From positions 2,528,001-2,592,000 of the forward strand of contig CAXXKJ010000002.1 of NCBI GenBank assembly GCA_963675295.2: a stretch of 64,000 nucleotides of DNA, read 5' to 3'. The notes beneath the pieces are model-generated. The model did not search any database. It worked only from the letters and a program-made list of their open reading frames with translations, and was not told the DNA's origin. Below are positions 58,597-64,000 of this stretch, piece by piece. The translations under genes and the position numbers were made by a program. Origin of the DNA: a bacterium. GTDB taxonomy: Bacteria > Electryoneota > Electryoneia > Electryoneales > Electryoneaceae. Each line of letters begins with the position of its first letter. Positions within the stretch are counted from its first letter, which is position 1.

Positions 58597-59613
58597 TCAC
58601 TGGGACGAGTTCCACCAATCGATGAAGATGTCCATGGACTCACCGGCGCGCGGATCGCCAGGGCTGATCTGGCTCATCTGCAAGCTCATACGATTGCCGC
58701 GAACCAGTACTCGACCTGCCTGGAAGCTCTCGCTGCGAGAGCCTTTTGCGCCAATGTCTGTTAGCAGGACGCCGTTAGTTCCTTGCACAAGGAAAATCTT
58801 GATCTCGGGCGGATTACCGTCACGTCCGAGCAGGTAAATCGTGTACTCCGTACCGTTGGGCGCCTTGTATTCAGCCGTTGTCGTCAGGTCGCCCGCCTGG
58901 TAGTTGAAATATTCCGGTTCTTTCAAGTCCTGCGGGATCTCGCGCTGATTGTCCCGCATCCACTCGATAATGGGGGAGACGTCTGATTCGATACTCCCCG
59001 TCGCGGCTTCATCTTCCAGTGTTGGTACGCTCGGACCTTCGCCAACGTCGAGAGACGCACGTCCAGCGGAACGATCAGAGCGGTTTCGTACGGAACCGCG
59101 ATCACCACGTCCCAGGCTGGCACGTGAACCGGCACCGACTTCGACGGACGCGTCACCACGCGGCACGACGATCGCAGAGGTGGAAGCGCGATCTGTTTCA
59201 CGCCGTGCGCCGAGGTCCCGGTCACGTCGCATATCCTGACGGCTGCTGCGTTGCCGCTCCAGATTCAGATCGATTTCCTGCTGCAGCGCGACTTCCTGCT
59301 GCCGCATGCGTTCGCGATCCATCGGTTCACGTTCACGCCGTTCTTCACGCCGTTCTGTCTGCCGGCGTTTAGGGGCTTCTTCCTTCTCTTCCTCTTCCTG
59401 CTCGTCTTCCTGCCGGACTTCCTCGCGTTCTTTCGCCTTGACGATGTCCACAATCACTTCACGGAGTGCTTGCGGCATCTGGGGCGACGTCACGAGGACT
59501 CTCAGCATTGGGAAGACCGTGAACAGGAACAGCATGATCAGGCCGCCCAAAGCGAGCGAGATCCATAAGGCTCGCTTCCGCTTTTTTTGTTCTGGTTCAA
59601 TATCCCAGAGCAC
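58597..59613 (-). CDS. TonB/TolA-like energy-transducer candidate (single TM, charged linker, novel C domain)
   Basis: N-terminal TM after KKRKR; E/R/Q-rich extended linker; directly after the exbD pair. Confidence 0.55.
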   Translation of the reverse strand: MLWDIEPEQKKRKRALWISLALGGLIMLFLFTVFPMLRVLVTSPQMPQALREVIVDIVKAKEREEVRQEDEQEEEEKEEAPKRRQTERREERREREPMDRERMRQQEVALQQEIDLNLERQRSSRQDMRRDRDLGARRETDRASTSAIVVPRGDASVEVGAGSRASLGRGDRGSVRNRSDRSAGRASLDVGEGPSVPTLEDEAATGSIESDVSPIIEWMRDNQREIPQDLKEPEYFNYQAGDLTTTAEYKAPNGTEYTIYLLGRDGNPPEIKIFLVQGTNGVLLTDIGAKGSRSESFQAGRVLVRGNRMSLQMSQISPGDPRAGESMDIFIDWWNSSQ

Positions 59614-59615
59614 AA

Positions 59616-60152
59616 TTACTCCCCGGCTGAAGCTTCGTCTTCAGTAGGCGAATCGCCGGACAGGTCGACACCCGGGAAGGGTAGTTCGAGCTGCTGAGCG
59701 ATATCGTAAATATCGATCGTGCCGCTGACCGGTGACAATTCTGTCGGGATGACGTTGACGGCTTCGATTTCCTTCCCGAATTCGTCCATCAACGATCGTA
59801 GTTCCCGCTTCAGTGCCGCCGGGCTGTCAGCCACACGGTTTACGTCGACCTCGTCACCCTGCCGCCAATTGATCAGGTACTCCGGGTTGAAGAGTTCGAC
59901 GGTATACTGGCGAACCTGGCCGTCTTCGTCAAGTCGTTCACGGTTTTCCGCGCGCATGTTCTCCACGGTTGCCGTGACGATGATGCTGATGATCGCCAGA
60001 TTCTGCTCTTCCTCGGACTGTTCCTGCGCTTCCTTTTGAGTATAGGGGAAGCGTATCCGGGATTTTTCAGACAGGTCTGCGATGGAAACAAAGCCGACGA
60101 GGATGATCAGCACCACGTCGATCAGGCGCAGGATTGTTCCTTGGCCTCCCAT
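59616..60152 (-). CDS. ExbD/TolR-like protein 2 (divergent)
   Basis: ILRLIDVVLIILVGF TM with conserved Asp. Confidence 0.7.
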   Translation of the reverse strand: MGGQGTILRLIDVVLIILVGFVSIADLSEKSRIRFPYTQKEAQEQSEEEQNLAIISIIVTATVENMRAENRERLDEDGQVRQYTVELFNPEYLINWRQGDEVDVNRVADSPAALKRELRSLMDEFGKEIEAVNVIPTELSPVSGTIDIYDIAQQLELPFPGVDLSGDSPTEDEASAGE

Positions 60153-60165
60153 GGCTCACCTCTCG

Positions 60166-60549
60166 TTAGCGTTGATCGTGGAAGACGACAATCAAGCTGC
60201 GTGCGAGATCATGTCTGTCGGCAGCCTGAATCACCTTCTTGACTTGTCCCATCGGCGCGCCTTCATCAGCCCGAATGCGAATGTGGAGACTGTCGCCGAA
60301 AACCGACGTTTCGCCAGCGCTGGACAGGTACCGCTCCAGCCTGACAAGGTCCCACGGTTCGCGCTCGTCCTGGAAGAAGATATCTCCCCAGACATCGACG
60401 CTGATCGTAACATTGCCCTCGGTACTGATGTCCGGGGTTCGAACAGTTTCGGTTTCCGCGAGTTCCAGTTTTCGCTGGTTCTCGATGGTTGCCATGCTGA
60501 TGAACCCGAAGAGCACGATCAACACAATGTCGATCAGGCGCAAAATCAT
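60166..60549 (-). CDS. exbD: ExbD/TolR biopolymer transport protein
   Basis: LRLIDIVLIVLFGF; IRIRADEGAPMGQVKKVI. Confidence 0.82.
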   Translation of the reverse strand: MILRLIDIVLIVLFGFISMATIENQRKLELAETETVRTPDISTEGNVTISVDVWGDIFFQDEREPWDLVRLERYLSSAGETSVFGDSLHIRIRADEGAPMGQVKKVIQAADRHDLARSLIVVFHDQR

Positions 60550-61310
60550 TTCGCGCTCTCCTCAGACTTCTGTTGCTGACGCTTCTGCTGTGCGCGGTTG
60601 ACGAAGTGGAAACGAAGATCGTCGGCCTTGTTGTACATCTGCTCGAGCTGACGTTTGAACATCGCTTCCAAGGTCGTAGCAAACAGGTTCAGCATCACGG
60701 AAATCGCAATACCGACAAGGGTGGTAACCAACGCAGTACCCATCCCGGCGAGGGTGGTCTGGGTATCCAGAACGCCGCCGGTGAAATAGAATACCTGGTA
60801 CATGCCCCAGACGGTACCCAACAGACCAAACGAACCAGCCGAGTCGGACAGGAAGATCATCCAGGACCGGAAGGAGGCGAAACGCTCTTCACGCACCTTG
60901 GTGATCAAATCGACTTCCGCGTGGAAGTTCAGGTCCCCTCGAATCCCCATCGCGTACAGAATCGCGAGCAGACGTCCCATTTCGCCCTTGTTCGCGCGGC
61001 TACGCACGAGCTTGTCAACCTCTTCGGGGTTGCCACGGGCAAAACGGAAGCCGATCAGAGGCTTCGAGTTATTGGTTTCCATGGTCAGCGTGCCGAACTG
61101 ATAGAAGCTGACTACCAGACCGGCGAAGAGCGCGAGCCCCAACGGCCAGACAAAGCCCTGAAGCTGGTCGATCAGGTCACCGACCGTGAAGTTGCGGGTC
61201 GTATCCGCAGCATCCGAGGTTTCCTGTGCGTACCCCATGGACGCCAGCAGAACCAGGCCGGCAACCATACCGCCGACTCCGAGGAGCCGCTTCACTTGCT
61301 CTGTTCTCAC
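60546..61310 (-). CDS. MotA/TolQ/ExbB proton channel protein with signal peptide
   Basis: GSFGLLGTVWGM and GMGTALVTTLVGI channel motifs. Confidence 0.9.
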   Translation of the reverse strand: MRTEQVKRLLGVGGMVAGLVLLASMGYAQETSDAADTTRNFTVGDLIDQLQGFVWPLGLALFAGLVVSFYQFGTLTMETNNSKPLIGFRFARGNPEEVDKLVRSRANKGEMGRLLAILYAMGIRGDLNFHAEVDLITKVREERFASFRSWMIFLSDSAGSFGLLGTVWGMYQVFYFTGGVLDTQTTLAGMGTALVTTLVGIAISVMLNLFATTLEAMFKRQLEQMYNKADDLRFHFVNRAQQKRQQQKSEESAK

Positions 61311-61349
61311 TGCACCACCTCTTCGATTCGTGACTCTATGTGACGTGTT

Positions 61350-63212
61350 TTACTCGTTCGCTTCCGTGTCCTCAACTTCATCTTGAACCGGAAGTGGGCG
61401 ATTTCGTTCAGGATTCAGGATCAGCTCGAAATCGGTCGCTGTCCGGTCACCCCCAGCCAGAGCTTTACGAATATCGATATTCCGATGGACCTCGTGGTGA
61501 ACAACTCGCATCCGTCCTTGTCCACCGAGCATCGTTACACCATCTGGCCGGTCATACGTAAACATGTATTCGTAAACTCCCGGCGGGAGCAGGGAGCCAT
61601 CAGCCGCGCGTCCGGTCCACACGATCTCATCCGGCATCGTTGTGGGCGATCCGAGGTCCAAGATAACCTCATTAGCCCCCAGATCGCGAATAGTAAATCT
61701 CCAATCAGCAGAAAACTCATTACTGAAAGCTTTGACGATGTAAAATGGGACCTCACCGACGAAGCGATCTTCAATAAATACGGGGCCTTTGCCCATCAGA
61801 GAGTCGACCGTGGCCAAGCTGAGTTCGTTCGTAAACTCGTTCTTAATCGGGACTTTCTTCTGAACTTGATAACCCCCACCGGTGATCACCTGCTCGAGCC
61901 CCTTGGCGCGGAACACGGATAACTGCGGTGCGATCACCTCGGCCTCGACATCATCCTTCTTCAGATAATGGCCCATCGTTTCCAGAGCACCGAGGTACTC
62001 CGGGGTGTACATCCCGACAGGCGGACGGCTGCGCACACGGTTCGCGCCGGGAATTTCCGCTTCGGCTCGAACGCTGATCTGGCGTTCGTCACCGAAGTCG
62101 CGGGGGCGCAGGTTCATCCGTTCCACCTGACCAAGCGCATCATCCACACGTGCCGTGGTATTGATGTGGCGGATGTTCAGCTCCGTATCCGGCGTGTACA
62201 GATAGATCTGGCCACGAGGGTCTGGAATCGGCCATTCGACACCCTTCGGGTCGTGCAACGGAATCGCGGGGAGGTCCTTGACCTCCGGCAGCGGACGCCG
62301 CTTGTAGGCATCGTAGACAAAGCCGAAACGGTGCGTACCATCCGACAGCAGATCGATCTCTGTCATCGGGTAGTCGTACCGGTAATTGAAGTACCAATTG
62401 TCAACGAGGTGGAACTCAACTTCCGACCAGATGGAACGCTGCCCGCCGTTCAATCGGATCATTGCGCCGTTCCCGATTACCCGGGCGACACCAAATTCCA
62501 GCCGGTCCTGCAGCTCAGTCCAATAGGATGTCTGTCCTGCGGAGCTGAAGTGCGCGTTTTCGACGCTGACCATCGCGGCGCGTAGCTGCCACCACTGGTT
62601 GATACGAAAGACCGCACCACCGCTGAAATGCCAACGTTCCTTCCACTCGCGTTCGCCGACACTCAGGTTCGGCCTGTTGATATCCTCCCACACCGCTGCG
62701 ATCTGCAGGCTCGGAATGGGGCGGAGGAAGATGCCGACGCTTGTGGACCAGTTGACCTTGAAGTCTGCTTCCTGAATGATCGGGTCGCTGAAATCGAACC
62801 GGTAGAATTCCAGCTGATCGTAGTCCATCATAAATGCGTCGAAACTGGCACCCACCGACAGTTGCCGCATGATGGGAATACCCAGTGACGCGCGCCACTG
62901 CGTTTCGCGGTACAAACCGGATTGCAGGTATTGAATGCCCGTTGCCAGCCCACGCCACTTCCACGGGAAGTGATAGCCGAGCATGCCCCCGTGAACCGTC
63001 GTGAAGTTGTCCGTCAGCGACGGATGGTAGAACGTACCCGTGATGCTGAATTTGTCACGGATCCAAGGGTTCAACGCCGGGTTGACAAAAACCGACTCGA
63101 GCAGGTTCAACTCCGCCGGATTCTGCCCATAACGATTGTACGCATGGGCAGTCGTTGCTCCGAGCTGGAGCAAAAACGGCAGTAGCAGGATTCCGAGGAG
63201 TTGTCGTCGCAT
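61350..63212 (-). CDS. PorP/SprF-like T9SS outer-membrane barrel with C-terminal extension (FlgD-Ig-like)
   Basis: Signal peptide MRRQLL; FVNPA, DINRPNLS, YRYDY...DGTHRFG; C-terminal WTGRAADGSLLPPGVYEY. Confidence 0.7.
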   Translation of the reverse strand: MRRQLLGILLLPFLLQLGATTAHAYNRYGQNPAELNLLESVFVNPALNPWIRDKFSITGTFYHPSLTDNFTTVHGGMLGYHFPWKWRGLATGIQYLQSGLYRETQWRASLGIPIMRQLSVGASFDAFMMDYDQLEFYRFDFSDPIIQEADFKVNWSTSVGIFLRPIPSLQIAAVWEDINRPNLSVGEREWKERWHFSGGAVFRINQWWQLRAAMVSVENAHFSSAGQTSYWTELQDRLEFGVARVIGNGAMIRLNGGQRSIWSEVEFHLVDNWYFNYRYDYPMTEIDLLSDGTHRFGFVYDAYKRRPLPEVKDLPAIPLHDPKGVEWPIPDPRGQIYLYTPDTELNIRHINTTARVDDALGQVERMNLRPRDFGDERQISVRAEAEIPGANRVRSRPPVGMYTPEYLGALETMGHYLKKDDVEAEVIAPQLSVFRAKGLEQVITGGGYQVQKKVPIKNEFTNELSLATVDSLMGKGPVFIEDRFVGEVPFYIVKAFSNEFSADWRFTIRDLGANEVILDLGSPTTMPDEIVWTGRAADGSLLPPGVYEYMFTYDRPDGVTMLGGQGRMRVVHHEVHRNIDIRKALAGGDRTATDFELILNPERNRPLPVQDEVEDTEANE

Positions 63213-63216
63213 ATGC

Positions 63217-63939
63217 TTAACGGAGTACGTAAATGACACCGGAAGCTAGAATTTCCAAGTCTTCTTCCACGATGATGAAGTAGGGGCCGGGACGAACTTC
63301 ATGCCCGAGCCTGTCCACTCCATCCCAGATAATCTCGCCGTTCCGCAGGCTGCGTTTGCCCAGCGACATCACTCGGATGCCGTCCAGCCCAAAGATCCGC
63401 ACCAGCGGCTTCGTGAAGCCCTGGCCCGGACGCGCAACATGCAGCTCGTCGTTATACCCATCCCCGTTCGGCGTGAACGGAAGGGGATACACCTCAACAC
63501 CGTTTTCAAGGTACCCGTCCGCCTTGGTTTCACGCGTCGGGGCTTTCTGCATCGCCTGTTCGATCTCGTCCCACTTATCGCCCTGCACGAACAACGTCAA
63601 TGTGGAAGGACCGGAATATGGGCGTCCCTGCAGGCGGAATGTCGTGTCCAGGGTCACGGTCAGCCGGCTGTTCTTCGGCCATGTTCCAACCGGCCGCAGT
63701 AGGAGATTGTTGCCAGACACGGTCACAGACGCAGGAACATTCTCGTCGGTTGCCGTCGTGACGACGACAGCGGAGCTCACACCATCTGCCATCACCGGGC
63801 GGTCGAACTGCACGATCACGGGGTCGCCGGGCTTGACGATTCCTTCGGTCGCGCCGCCGGCTTCCGGCTGCAAGGTGACTGGCCACGCCAGCACCGGCAG
63901 CAGGCAGATCAACAGTATATATAGAGGAGTGCGAACCAT
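63217..63939 (-). CDS. Ig-like (Big_5) protein with T9SS type-B (gliding-motility-associated) CTD
   Basis: VQFDRPV...L.P...W Ig fold; PFTPNGDGYND...WDG...GPYF...GVIYVLR. Confidence 0.8.
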   Translation of the reverse strand: MVRTPLYILLICLLPVLAWPVTLQPEAGGATEGIVKPGDPVIVQFDRPVMADGVSSAVVVTTATDENVPASVTVSGNNLLLRPVGTWPKNSRLTVTLDTTFRLQGRPYSGPSTLTLFVQGDKWDEIEQAMQKAPTRETKADGYLENGVEVYPLPFTPNGDGYNDELHVARPGQGFTKPLVRIFGLDGIRVMSLGKRSLRNGEIIWDGVDRLGHEVRPGPYFIIVEEDLEILASGVIYVLR

Positions 63940-64000
63940 TACGGACGCTCCAACTGAATGCGAGTTGTGTCAACTGGCGCGTAATCGCGCGGCGTCATCA
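63939..64000 (-). CDS. 3' end of the upstream operon gene (partial)
   Basis: ...MTPRDYAPVDTTRIQLERP* with a TAATG stop/start overlap at 63937-63941. Confidence 0.55.
   Translation of the reverse strand, partial: MTPRDYAPVDTTRIQLERP

Overview
GC-rich bacterial chromosome segment. T9SS C-terminal sorting domains, a PorP/SprF-like barrel and a TonB-dependent receptor point to an FCB-group (Bacteroidota-related) diderm; this is inference, not a taxonomic search. The window has four parts. (1) 1-22.6 kb is housekeeping: a PorT-like barrel fragment, tRNA-Asp, rocD, glgP, purL, marR-yceI, an MFS transporter, a TPP-riboswitch-led TonB receptor plus Na+/solute symporter, fahA and tRNA-fMet. (2) 22.6-40.1 kb is a ~17.5 kb tyrosine-integrase element inserted in tRNA-fMet, bounded by exact 69-bp att repeats. 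It carries xis, a primase-helicase, an iteron-like cluster, a DUF5681 protein and envelope/stress cargo, and looks satellite/PICI-like. (3) 40.2-48.4 kb is a sigma54-driven redox-signalling operon: small protein, degenerate macrodomain, TmcC/NarI-like anchor, CCG Fe-S protein fused to a receiver domain, Cys-PAS kinase, response regulator and Cys-rich MerR, plus its enhancer-binding protein. (4) 49.6-64 kb holds radical SAM, glutaminyl cyclase and anSME genes, and a long operon joining a type-B-CTD T9SS substrate and a PorP/SprF-like barrel to an ExbB/2xExbD/TonB-like ion motor and two non-catalytic FGE-fold proteins. That operon is the best candidate for an undescribed system. All product calls come from motif recognition; no database searches were run.
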